Positions 14,051-22,745 of a stretch of 30,677 nt of DNA are shown here, one piece after another. The DNA comes from Candidatus Micrarchaeia archaeon (GTDB lineage Archaea; Micrarchaeota; Micrarchaeia; Anstonellales; Anstonellaceae): assembly GCA_041671345.1 (NCBI GenBank), contig JBAZBT010000001.1:1-30677 (forward strand), given 5' to 3'. Positions within the stretch are counted from its first letter, which is position 1. The number at the start of each line of letters is the position of its first letter. The notes beneath the pieces were generated by a model, which searched no databases, was not told where the DNA came from, and saw only the letters and a list, made by a program, of their open reading frames with translations. The translations under genes and the position numbers were made by a program.

Positions 14051-14764
14051 TCAGCGCGCAAGCAGGTCGCGGTTGATTTCCATCCTGGCCTGCGCGAGCA
14101 CGTCCGCAGCGTTGCAGTGCAGCCAGTCCAGCTCATGGCGCCCCTCGCACATTTCCATGCACTTTCGGGCGCATTCAATCGCCTCCTCGTCCTTCCCCAT
14201 GCCGTACTTGGCAAGCGCGAGCCGGTAAAGCGCCTTGGCATGGTCGCGGCTTGCGCTTCCCAGCCTCTCCCACCGCCTCACCGCGCCATGCAGGCTTTTC
14301 TCGGCAACGCAGATGCAGGCGTCCTCGCTCCCGGCAACGAACAGCTTCAGCGCCGCAGTGCCCCTTTTCTTGAGCGCAAGCGCCTCGCCCTCCAATCGTG
14401 CCTTTTCCCAGGCGCCCAGGCTCTCCCCCTCGATTTTCCCGTCCTTCTGCGCATTTTCCAGCAGCTCGCCCAGCCTGTCAATCCTCGCCCGCAGCTCGTC
14501 GGGCTTCTCCACCATCCCCATTGCGCGCGAGTAGCCCATCTGCGCAATCACCACTTTCTTTTTCTGGCTCTCGTCCAAAAGCGGGAAAAGATGGTCGCGT
14601 ATATAGCGGCACGTGGCGTTTTCCCTTTGCGGCACCTGCCCGGATGAAAACCATGGCATTTTTTCCGCAAGGTACTCCAGCCTCTCGAGCTGCGTCTTCA
14701 TCCTGTGCACGCTGAGCACGGGCGCGCCGCCCTGCGTATCATTTGCAACAACCGCAACGGCCAT
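14051..14764 (-). CDS. hypothetical protein with C-terminal TPR-like repeats, 237 aa
   Basis: SD GGAGGTG just before ATG 14764; C-terminal AKALYRLALAKYGMGKDEEAIECARKC is TPR-like. Confidence 0.65.
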   Translation of the reverse strand: MAVAVVANDTQGGAPVLSVHRMKTQLERLEYLAEKMPWFSSGQVPQRENATCRYIRDHLFPLLDESQKKKVVIAQMGYSRAMGMVEKPDELRARIDRLGELLENAQKDGKIEGESLGAWEKARLEGEALALKKRGTAALKLFVAGSEDACICVAEKSLHGAVRRWERLGSASRDHAKALYRLALAKYGMGKDEEAIECARKCMEMCEGRHELDWLHCNAADVLAQARMEINRDLLAR

Positions 14765-14892
14765 CCCCCCACCTCCCAAAACTAGAGCCAACTGTTGGTT
14801 TCCCGCCTGCGCTATATACGCCTTTTGTTCCACGCGGGACAGTTTTCCGAGGTTTAAAAAGGGCTTAAAATGGCCGGTTTGCCCCGCCCGCT

Positions 14893-15864
14893 TCACTGTA
14901 TCTTTATCTTTCCCACGAGCTCCTCGAGCATGTCGTCCATGGTGAGCACGCCCACGAAATTCTCGCGCTCGTCCACCACGATGGCAAAGTGCCTGTTTGC
15001 GGCCTGCAGGTGCGAAAACGCCTCGTTGAGCTTGTCCGTGCTTTTCACGCGCACGGTCGGGAGCACCACCTGCTCCACGCTCCAGTTCGGGTTGTCCTCC
15101 GTGGCCTTGGCAAGCGCGCGGATGTTCACCGTGCCTATCACCTGCCCGCCTTTCACCACCGGGAAGCGGTAGTACAGGCTGTGGAGCGCCTTGTGGAGCG
15201 CGTCTGACGCCTTGGTGCCTGCCACAAAATGCACCACGCGCGCCTTGGGCGTCATCACGTGCGCCACCGTCTTGTCGTTGAACTCCAGCACGTTCTCGAT
15301 GAGCTCGCGCTCCATCTCGCTTATGCTCTTGTGCGCCGCCCCCAGCTTGACCGCCGCCTTCACCTCGTCCTCAGTGAAGCGCTCGATGCCTGTTGCGCGC
15401 GAATACACGCCGGGGATGAGGCGGTTGATGAACTCGAAGAAGATGACGAGCGGGGTGAGCGCCCAGTATACGCCTTCCACGATGGGCGCGCACGCGAGTA
15501 TTATCCTCTCGCCGTAAGTGGTGGCGAAGCTTTTCGGGGCGATATCCCCGAAAGTGAGCATGAGGAACGACATCACGCCGATTGCGATGCCCAAGCCCTG
15601 GTCCCCGAACAGGGTGATTGCGAATGTGGTGGCGACCGCGGATGCCGCGATGTTCGCCACGTTGTTGCCTATGAGGAGGGCGATGAGCACGCGCCTCCTG
15701 CTCTCGCGAAGGCGGTGCAGGCTCTGCGCGCCAGGCGCGTTGCGCTCCACCAGCTGGTGGAGCCGTATCCTTGTGACTGTCAGGAAAGAGGTCTCGCACG
15801 CGGAGAAGAACGCCGAAATGGCAATGAGCGCGGCAAGGACCGCGGCATCCAGCAGTAGTTCCAT
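14893..15864 (-). CDS. CNNM/hemolysin-family protein (DUF21 + CBS pair; Mg/Co homeostasis)
   Basis: SAFFSACETSF, LLIGNNVANI, FGDIAPKS, VMTP, FPVV, VVDERENFVGVLTMDDMLEELVG. Confidence 0.92.
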   Translation of the reverse strand: MELLLDAAVLAALIAISAFFSACETSFLTVTRIRLHQLVERNAPGAQSLHRLRESRRRVLIALLIGNNVANIAASAVATTFAITLFGDQGLGIAIGVMSFLMLTFGDIAPKSFATTYGERIILACAPIVEGVYWALTPLVIFFEFINRLIPGVYSRATGIERFTEDEVKAAVKLGAAHKSISEMERELIENVLEFNDKTVAHVMTPKARVVHFVAGTKASDALHKALHSLYYRFPVVKGGQVIGTVNIRALAKATEDNPNWSVEQVVLPTVRVKSTDKLNEAFSHLQAANRHFAIVVDERENFVGVLTMDDMLEELVGKIKIQ

Positions 15865-15913
15865 GGCACACTTTCCGCGCAAGGGAAATTAAAAGCTATT
15901 GCCCCGGCCCGAA

Positions 15914-18499
15914 CTAGGCGGCGCGCCTGTTTGCAGGCTTGGGCCCGATTATAGGCTTTGGAACCGCCTTCACTGTTTCGTTTGCCCCTGCCGCTTCCAC
16001 TGCCGTGCCGTTGTTCAGCCCGGGCTTGGGATGCAGCATCGCTGCGCCGTTGAAGTAGAACGGCGTGAGCGGGGCGTAGTCGACTGCATTGCCCGTTATC
16101 TTGCCCTGCGAGGTGCTCGCGCTGTATGGGAAGCCTGTTCCGTTCCTGCCGATGTAGAGTGAAGGGAAACCGCTTGACGTCTGGTTGCCCTGCACCTTCA
16201 CTGCGCCCGACAGGACGTTTGCGTAGATGTTGCCCTCCTGATTGCCGTTTACGCTTGCGTTGTAGGAGTTTCCGCCCGCCATGTCGTTGATGTAAATATT
16301 GCCGCCTGTGAAGTTGTTCCAGTAGAACGTGTTGCCGCTTGCTGCCCCCTGGATTTTCACCAGGCTCCCGCCTGATGCGAGCGTGTTGTTCACAATCACG
16401 TTGCCCGTGCTGCTGCCGGAAAACGAATCGATTGTCAGCGCCGCGCCGCCCGTCGAAATCATTGTGCTGTTCTCCACCCTGTTGTTGCTGGCATCCTCTA
16501 TCAAGAGCGCGCCCGCGGTTCCCGTGAACCTGCTTGATTTGACAACCGTGAAGCTCGACGAGGTTATCCAGTTCCCCTTCAGCATGCCTCCCCCGGTGCT
16601 GTTTGCATTGCAGGCGTCCAGGACCGTATTGTTGCTGGCATATGCGCCAAAGCCCGCCGACCCGATGGCGCTGCAGTTGACAAGCAAATTGCCGCTTGAG
16701 AGGTCCAAGGCAATTCCCACGTCGTATGCTGAAATGCCTTTTGTATTTGAAAGGATGTTGTTGTTGCTTGAAGCCGATATCGATATCCCTGGCGCATCAT
16801 TCGTTATCGTGCCATTCATCGTGCCTATGCAGCTTTCCAGCACGTTGTTGCTGCTGCCGTGCATCAGCACTGATGGCGAACTGGCGCCCGGGTAATGGCG
16901 GTTGGTCCCATTCACTCCCACGAGCCGGTTGTAGTTCGAGTGTATGGTGTGCACTGCGTTATTCGATGCGGCGCCATTCTCGCCAATGTCAAAGCTGGAC
17001 GATGAGATATTGTTGTAATCGCTATTGTCCAGCCAGAGCGCATCGTCTCGGGTGGTCGCCTTGACTTTTGAAATCGTGTTGTATTGGCTTCCAATAAGCC
17101 TGACTCCTGAGCTCCTGAAATACTGGCTGGACGAACTGTCGATGCTAATGTTTTCCACATTGCTGAAAGTTGCGGATTGGAGCACTATTCCGTATGCAAA
17201 TGCGTCTAGCCTGCAGTTTCTCATCCTGGTGTTGGACCTGCCTGTGGCGTCTATCCCGGTCCCTCCGCTGCCAATTTCCGTTATGCTGTGCCCGTTGCAC
17301 TCTATTGTCACGTTGTCCGCCGCCACGGTAAAGCAAGTGCCTGTGCTGTTTAGGTTTGAAGTCACGTTGCACACATAGTTCGGCGCATTCAGCACCCCGC
17401 ACTGGCATCCCTGCGCAGGCGCCGTGGTGTTGTTGAAGTAGAACTGCGTGAGGGGCGCGTAATCAATCGCGCTGCCCACTATCTTGCCCTGCGATGTGGT
17501 CGAGTTGTACGGGTAGCCGGTTCCATTCATGCCTATGTAAAGCCCCTGCCCGTAGGCCGAGGAAACATTGCCCTGCACCTGCACGGCTCCGCTAAGCACA
17601 TTGGCATAGATGTTGCCCTCCGGCCTGCCGTTCACCAGCTTGGTGTAATAGTTGCCGGGTGAGCTGTCATTGATGTACGCGCCGCTTGTTGCGGTGAAGT
17701 TGTTCCAGTAGATGGTGTTCATTGGCGATGAAGGGTTGAGCGCCAAGAGGCTATTGGACGCGCCTCCGGAGACGAACGTGCTGCCGTATATGCTGTTGGA
17801 GAAGGCGGAGGAGAGCGACGCCACGCCGCCTGACGAGGAAGTGAAGGTGCTGTTCGCTATCGTGTTGCCGTTCCCGCCCGTGATTGCGAGGGCGGCGCCC
17901 GAGGCTGCGGTGACGCGCGCGTTTGAGACTGTGTTGGAGGCGGCCGTGAGCAGGTACAGCGCCATCGTGCTCGAGCTTGCGGTGAAATCGGAGAGCCTGT
18001 TGTCGTGCGGGCCCCCCTGCAGCACTATCTGCCCGCTTGCGTTGAAGTTGGAGAGGGTGTTGTTGGCCGTCGAGAAAATCATGTAGATGCTTTTCTGGCC
18101 TGATGCGGTGAAGCCTGCCAGGGTGTGCTGCCCTCCTGCGGCAATCGTGATGCCAGCCCCGGCTGGCGAGCTTGCCGCCGTGCCCTGCAGAAGCGCGCCT
18201 GTTGCGCCGTCGAGGTAGACGCCGGTGCTGAAGCCGTATACCATGCAGTTCCTGACCGTCGTGTTCTGCTGGTTGGAGTGGATGCCGTAGCCCGCGCCTA
18301 ACCCTGTCACGGAGTGGCCCGCGCAGTCTATCTCGACGTTGGGCGCAGCCACGGTGAAGCACGTCCCGTCTGCCTGCACATTTTGGGCAAGGGTGTAAAT
18401 GCCGGGGGATGATAGCGTTTGGCACGCCGAAACATCCACTGCGAAAGCGCTTCCTAAAAGGGCAACAAATGAGATAACGAGCATGAAATTATTCCTCAT
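15914..18499 (-). CDS. secreted right-handed parallel beta-helix (PbH1/NosD-like) surface protein with two tandem modules
   Basis: Signal peptide (MRNNFMLVISFVALLGSAFA), many NNxxxN repeats, duplicated N-cap and C-cap motifs; TTTATAAA at 18536-18543. Confidence 0.85.
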   Translation of the reverse strand: MRNNFMLVISFVALLGSAFAVDVSACQTLSSPGIYTLAQNVQADGTCFTVAAPNVEIDCAGHSVTGLGAGYGIHSNQQNTTVRNCMVYGFSTGVYLDGATGALLQGTAASSPAGAGITIAAGGQHTLAGFTASGQKSIYMIFSTANNTLSNFNASGQIVLQGGPHDNRLSDFTASSSTMALYLLTAASNTVSNARVTAASGAALAITGGNGNTIANSTFTSSSGGVASLSSAFSNSIYGSTFVSGGASNSLLALNPSSPMNTIYWNNFTATSGAYINDSSPGNYYTKLVNGRPEGNIYANVLSGAVQVQGNVSSAYGQGLYIGMNGTGYPYNSTTSQGKIVGSAIDYAPLTQFYFNNTTAPAQGCQCGVLNAPNYVCNVTSNLNSTGTCFTVAADNVTIECNGHSITEIGSGGTGIDATGRSNTRMRNCRLDAFAYGIVLQSATFSNVENISIDSSSSQYFRSSGVRLIGSQYNTISKVKATTRDDALWLDNSDYNNISSSSFDIGENGAASNNAVHTIHSNYNRLVGVNGTNRHYPGASSPSVLMHGSSNNVLESCIGTMNGTITNDAPGISISASSNNNILSNTKGISAYDVGIALDLSSGNLLVNCSAIGSAGFGAYASNNTVLDACNANSTGGGMLKGNWITSSSFTVVKSSRFTGTAGALLIEDASNNRVENSTMISTGGAALTIDSFSGSSTGNVIVNNTLASGGSLVKIQGAASGNTFYWNNFTGGNIYINDMAGGNSYNASVNGNQEGNIYANVLSGAVKVQGNQTSSGFPSLYIGRNGTGFPYSASTSQGKITGNAVDYAPLTPFYFNGAAMLHPKPGLNNGTAVEAAGANETVKAVPKPIIGPKPANRRAA

Positions 18500-18561
18500 C
18501 AAACCACCACAAACGACAATTCTGCTGCGAAGGTTTTATAAATCGCGCGCGCCCTGCCGCT

Positions 18562-18590
18562 GGGCAAAACAAATAAAAAAGGAAGAAAAA
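18562..18590 (-). terminator. oligo-T terminator after the displaced nrdJ end
   Basis: Minus strand TTTTTCTTCCTTTTTTTATTTGTTTT starts about 12 nt after the displaced TGA. Confidence 0.6.
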
Positions 18591-18602
18591 GGCGGCGGGC
18601 GT

Positions 18603-18659
18603 TCAGCTGCATCCAGTGGTCTCCCCACAGTCGATGCAGACTTGGCACGAGCCGTTCTG
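18603..18659 (-). repeat. displaced original 3' end of nrdJ ([18 protein letters not shown])
   Basis: Encodes the same 18 aa plus stop as 18719-18775 with 16 synonymous nucleotide differences; followed by a T-tract. Confidence 0.95.
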
Positions 18660-18718
18660 CCCCTAGGGGGCATTGGCTAGCCATCAGATCCCCCTGATGG
18701 TTCACCCCCACATGCTTC

Positions 18719-21700
18719 TCATGAGCAACCTGTAGTTTCACCGCAGTCTATGCACACTTGACAAGATCCATTTTGTTTTACTTTCATGGAGCTGCAGGCA
18801 AGGCACTGCGCGCCCGTGAAGCCCTGCTCCTTCGCGGCTTTTGCGCGCGTCTCGTATTCCTCGCTTTCGCTGCCCGTGTCCTTCTCGGCAGGCGCCTCCA
18901 CTAGCTTCCCCTGCGCCTTCTGGTCCTCGATGCGCGGGACGGGCGGGTGCTCGCCTGCCGCGTGCGCGCCGTGCGAGTCGCCGTTCACGGGCTTCACATG
19001 GACAAAGTCAGTCCTCTGCAAATACTCGTACCCCAGCACGCGGAACACGTAGTCCACGATGGAGGTGGCGTTCTTCACGGCATCGTGCCCGGTGACCACG
19101 CCGGCAGGCTCGAAGCGCGTGAAGGTGAACGTGTCCACGAACTCGTCGAGCGGCACTCCGTACTGCAGGCCCTTTGACACCGCGATTGCAAAGCAGTTCA
19201 AAAGCGAGCGGTAGCCCGCGCCTTCCTTGTACATGTCTATGAATATCTCGCCGAGCGCCCCGTCCGGATATTCCCCCGTTTTCAGGTACACCTTGTGCCC
19301 GCCCACCCTCGCCTCCTGGATGAAGCCGCTCCTGCGGGTCGGAAGCTTGCGCCGGTTTATCCTGCCCACTATCTTGCTCTGCATCTGCGCAGGCCCGAAC
19401 GACTCGTCTATCTCGTCGCCAAGCCCGAAAAGCTGCGCAAGCTCGTCCTCGTCGACATCCGCGGTCGCATTGAGCGGCTGGGAGAGCTTGCTGCCGTCGC
19501 GGTAAAGCGCGTTCGACTTCACCATCTGCCTCCAAGAGAGCATGTACGCCTCCTTGATGTCCTCGATGGTGGAGTCGGAGGGCATGTTCACGGTCTTTGA
19601 AATCGAGCCTGACAGGAACGGCTGCGCCGCCGCCATCATGCGTATGTGCGCGGTGTACGGGATGAACCTCTTGCCCTTTTTCCCGCACTTGTTCGCGCAG
19701 TCGAACACCGAGTAGTGCTCCTGCTTGAGGTGCGGCGCGCCCTCGATTGTCATGGTGCCGCACACGTATTCGTTCGCCTCCTCCACCTGCTGCTTGGAAA
19801 AGCCCAGCTTCGACAAAAGGTCGAACTTCGGGTCGGCGAGGTCGGCATCGGCAAACCCGAGCCCCCTCATGAAGTCCTCGCCGAGCACGTACTTGTTGAA
19901 TGCGAACTTTATGTCAAACGCCTTGGGGAGCTGCGCCTCCACCTTCGCGATTTTCTCGGCGGTGAATCCCTTTGCGGCAAGCGCCTCGGCATTCACGTGC
20001 GGGCAGCCCGAAAGCGTGCCCCTGCCTGCGGAATAAAGCTCGATGTCCCTGACCTGCGCGGCTCCGTAGCCGAGCTTGTGCAGGGCCTTCTTCACCGAGT
20101 TGTTCACAATCTTGAAGTACCCGCCCCCTGCGAGCTTCTTGAACTTCACGGTGGCAAAGTCGGGCTCGATTCCCGTGGTGTCGCAGTCCATCTGCAGGCC
20201 TATCGTCCCCGTGGGCGCAATCAGCGTGGTCTGGGCGTTCCTGTAGCCGAATTCCTCGCCGAGCGCATACGCCCTGTCCCAGCATTCCTGCGCCGACTGG
20301 AGCATGTACTCCGGGCAGTGCGTGGGGTGTATCCCCGTCGGCTTGACCGACAGCCCCTCATACTCGTTGTCCGCCGCGCTGTGCGCCGCCCTCCTGTGGT
20401 TCCGAATCACGCGCAGCATGTGCTCGCGGTTCCTCTCGAATGCGGGAAAAGCGCCAAGCTCGCGCGCCATCTCCGCCGATGTGGAATATGCCTCGCCCGT
20501 CATTATCGCCGAAATCGCGCCCGCCATGGCAAGCCCCTGCGGGCTGTCGTACGGCACGCCCATCACCATCAAAAGCGTGCCCAGGTTGGCGTATCCCAGC
20601 CCGAGCGTGCGGAACTCGTAGCTTTTCCTCGCAATCTCCTTGGAGGGGAACTGCGCCATGAGCACAGAAATTTCGAGCACGATTGTCCAAAGCCTGCTTG
20701 CGTGCTTGAATGCCTCGACGTTGAAAACGCAGGTCTCCTCGTTGTAGAACTTCATCAGGTTCATGCTGGCGAGGTTGCACGCGGTGTCGTCAAGGAACAT
20801 GTACTCCGAGCACGGGTTGGACGCGTTTATCCTGCCGTCTATCGGGCAGGTGTGCCACTCGTTTATGATGTCGTCGAACTGCAGCCCCGGGTCGGCGCAG
20901 CTCCACGCCGCGAACGCAATAGTGTCCCACAGGTCGCGCGCCTTCATCCTCTTCATCACGCTCCCGTCGGTCCTTGACAGAAGCGTCCAGTCGGCGTCGT
21001 TCTGCACCGCCCAGACAAACCTGTTGGAGAGCCTTACCGAGTTGTTGCCGTTCTGCCCTGCAACCGTGACATACGCCTCGGACTCGTAGTGCGTGTCGAA
21101 AACCGGGAAGTCGATGTCGGTCTTGCCCTGCTTGACAAGCGCGAGCGTGCGCAGTATGTAGTTCATGGAGACGTTCTTCGCAAGCGCCTGCACGACCGCG
21201 AGCTTGATGCGCTCGTTCTTCAAATCCGTGCTCTGCTCCTCCTTTGCCACGCGCATTATCCTCTTGAGGGATTTCGAGCATGCCTTGGTGCCTGCGACGA
21301 GCGCCGCCACCTTCTGCTCCTCCCTCACCTTCCAGTTCACGAATTTCTCGATGTCCGGATGGTCGACATCCACGATGACCATCTTCGCGGCGCGCCTTGT
21401 CGTGCCGCCGGATTTTATGGCGCCCGCCGCCCTGTCGTATATCTTGAGGAACGACATCATGCCTGACGACTGCCCGCCGCCCGAGAGCCTCTCCCCCTCG
21501 CCCCGCAGGCACGAGAAGTTGGTGCCCGTTCCCGAGCCGTACTTGAAAAGCCGCGCCTCGCGCGTCACGAGGTCGAATATGCCGCCCTCGTTCACGAGGT
21601 CGTCCTTCAGCGACTGGATGAAGCACGCGTGGGGCTGCGGATGCGTGTAGGCATCCGTGGACTGCTTCACCACGCCGTCAGCCGGGTCGACGTAATAGTG

Positions 21701-22216
21701 CCCCTGCCGGTTCCCCGTTATGCCGTACGCGTGCGCAAGGCCCGTGTTGAACCACTGCGGCGAGTTGGGCGACGCCATCTGGCTTGCCAGCATGAACTTC
21801 AGCTCGTCCTCGAACGCGTCCGCGTCCGATTTTGACTGGAAGTACCCGTATTTCTCGCCCCAGCTGCGCCAGCAGCCCGCGAGCCTTCCCACCACTTGCC
21901 TGACCGTTTTCTCGCTTCCGGTGACCGCCTTGCCGTTGCTGTCCTTGAGGGCGTTCCCCTGCTTGTCGTATTGCGGCACGCCGGCTTTCCTGAAGTATTT
22001 CTGCGCCACGATGTCGGTTGCCACCTGCGACCAGCTTTTCGGCACCTCGACGTCGCGCATCTCGAAGACGACCGAGCCGTCGGAGTTCCTGATGACCGAG
22101 GTGCGAAGCTCATATTCCACTGCGTCCAGCGGGTCGGCCCCCTCTTCAGTAAAAAGCCTCTTTATCTTCATTCCGCCCTGCCTGGTCGCTTGTTTTGCCA
22201 CACTCGCCTCAGCCAC
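18719..22216 (-). CDS. nrdJ: class II adenosylcobalamin-dependent ribonucleotide reductase with C-terminal TSCPD domain and Zn ribbon
   Basis: [23 protein letters not shown] (thiyl Cys), ACNLAS, APTGTIG, GIEPD; C-terminal CxxC...CxxC; GTG start with SD GAGGTG. Confidence 0.95.
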   Translation of the reverse strand: MAEASVAKQATRQGGMKIKRLFTEEGADPLDAVEYELRTSVIRNSDGSVVFEMRDVEVPKSWSQVATDIVAQKYFRKAGVPQYDKQGNALKDSNGKAVTGSEKTVRQVVGRLAGCWRSWGEKYGYFQSKSDADAFEDELKFMLASQMASPNSPQWFNTGLAHAYGITGNRQGHYYVDPADGVVKQSTDAYTHPQPHACFIQSLKDDLVNEGGIFDLVTREARLFKYGSGTGTNFSCLRGEGERLSGGGQSSGMMSFLKIYDRAAGAIKSGGTTRRAAKMVIVDVDHPDIEKFVNWKVREEQKVAALVAGTKACSKSLKRIMRVAKEEQSTDLKNERIKLAVVQALAKNVSMNYILRTLALVKQGKTDIDFPVFDTHYESEAYVTVAGQNGNNSVRLSNRFVWAVQNDADWTLLSRTDGSVMKRMKARDLWDTIAFAAWSCADPGLQFDDIINEWHTCPIDGRINASNPCSEYMFLDDTACNLASMNLMKFYNEETCVFNVEAFKHASRLWTIVLEISVLMAQFPSKEIARKSYEFRTLGLGYANLGTLLMVMGVPYDSPQGLAMAGAISAIMTGEAYSTSAEMARELGAFPAFERNREHMLRVIRNHRRAAHSAADNEYEGLSVKPTGIHPTHCPEYMLQSAQECWDRAYALGEEFGYRNAQTTLIAPTGTIGLQMDCDTTGIEPDFATVKFKKLAGGGYFKIVNNSVKKALHKLGYGAAQVRDIELYSAGRGTLSGCPHVNAEALAAKGFTAEKIAKVEAQLPKAFDIKFAFNKYVLGEDFMRGLGFADADLADPKFDLLSKLGFSKQQVEEANEYVCGTMTIEGAPHLKQEHYSVFDCANKCGKKGKRFIPYTAHIRMMAAAQPFLSGSISKTVNMPSDSTIEDIKEAYMLSWRQMVKSNALYRDGSKLSQPLNATADVDEDELAQLFGLGDEIDESFGPAQMQSKIVGRINRRKLPTRRSGFIQEARVGGHKVYLKTGEYPDGALGEIFIDMYKEGAGYRSLLNCFAIAVSKGLQYGVPLDEFVDTFTFTRFEPAGVVTGHDAVKNATSIVDYVFRVLGYEYLQRTDFVHVKPVNGDSHGAHAAGEHPPVPRIEDQKAQGKLVEAPAEKDTGSESEEYETRAKAAKEQGFTGAQCLACSSMKVKQNGSCQVCIDCGETTGCS

Positions 22217-22383
22217 GTCCCCACCTCGTTTGCTCCTTGAAGTCCTGCAAGCAAAAGAGGCGCGCGAGGGCGTATTTCCTGCGAAATTCGTTAGATTGGA
22301 ATTTCGGTGCCCATTGGCACCTCATTCCAATGCAGGCAAAGCCCGTTTGCGGGCTTTGCCACACATGTTCGAACCCTGAAAAA

Positions 22384-22431
22384 CCACAATATATGGTGTT
22401 TTTAGGGTAAGCCAACCACAACCTGTTGCGC
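22384..22431. promoter_or_regulatory. tandem NrdR-box-like operators upstream of nrdJ
   Basis: CCACAATATATGGTGT (22384-22399; 14/16 to consensus acaCwAtATaTwGtgt) and CCACAACCTGTTGCGC (22416-22431), starts 32 bp apart. Confidence 0.75.
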
Positions 22432-22454
22432 TTGCAACGGATATCGGGCGGACA

Positions 22455-22472
22455 CATTTATATAGCTTCTTT
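22455..22472 (-). promoter_or_regulatory. BRE/TATA promoter of nrdJ
   Basis: Minus strand AAAGAAGC-TATATAAA-TG; predicted TSS at about 22434, immediately upstream of the NrdR-like boxes. Confidence 0.55.
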
Positions 22473-22496
22473 TGCGCGCGAAAACAACGGCGAGGT

Positions 22497-22670
22497 GGGC
22501 AAAACCTGGGAAGATTTTTTGCCCGCCCACTTTTTGCTTGGAGCAAAGGCTCCACTCCCAGGGCAAAACCTGGGAAAAATTTGCCAGAATTGCAAGCGCA
22601 GCTTGCACTCGGATGGGAAAACCTTGGGGTGGAAAATCGCCTGCCACTGGGCGAACCGGGAAAACCTGGG
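22497..22670. repeat. four-copy GGG(C)AAAACCT(T)GGG array with nested palindromes
   Basis: AAAACCT cores at 22501, 22565, 22618 and 22661; the first two copies share an identical 16-mer GGGCAAAACCTGGGAA. Confidence 0.85.
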
Positions 22671-22673
22671 CGG

Positions 22674-22713
22674 TTTTGCATGGCTCACAATACTTTTGCA
22701 TGGCTCACAATAC
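22674..22713. repeat. perfect 20-bp tandem duplication
   Basis: TTTTGCATGGCTCACAATAC x2 (22674-22693, 22694-22713). Confidence 0.95.
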
Positions 22714-22745
22714 ATTTAACTACCTTTCGCAACACAGTTTGACCC

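Noticed and set aside
18499-18741. 80-aa ORF spanning the nrdJ scar
   Set aside because: Reads through the stranded nrdJ end out of frame and into the terminator; at most its SD+ATG is a cargo remnant.
22335-22360. c-di-GMP-I (GEMM)-like GGCAAA start
   Set aside because: It is one arm of a perfect palindrome; the GCAAAG/P2 elements are missing.
22612-22670. Cobalamin riboswitch-like words (GGGAA...GGTG; GCCACTGGGCGAACCGGGAA)
   Set aside because: Lacks the GCCCCCGCAACTGT segment and the 3' B12 box, and points away from nrdJ; a cmsearch with RF00174 would settle it.
22497-22713. CRISPR array or replication origin (ORBs)
   Set aside because: Repeats are too short with irregular spacers and no cas genes; no match to the ORB consensus and no orc1/cdc6 nearby.
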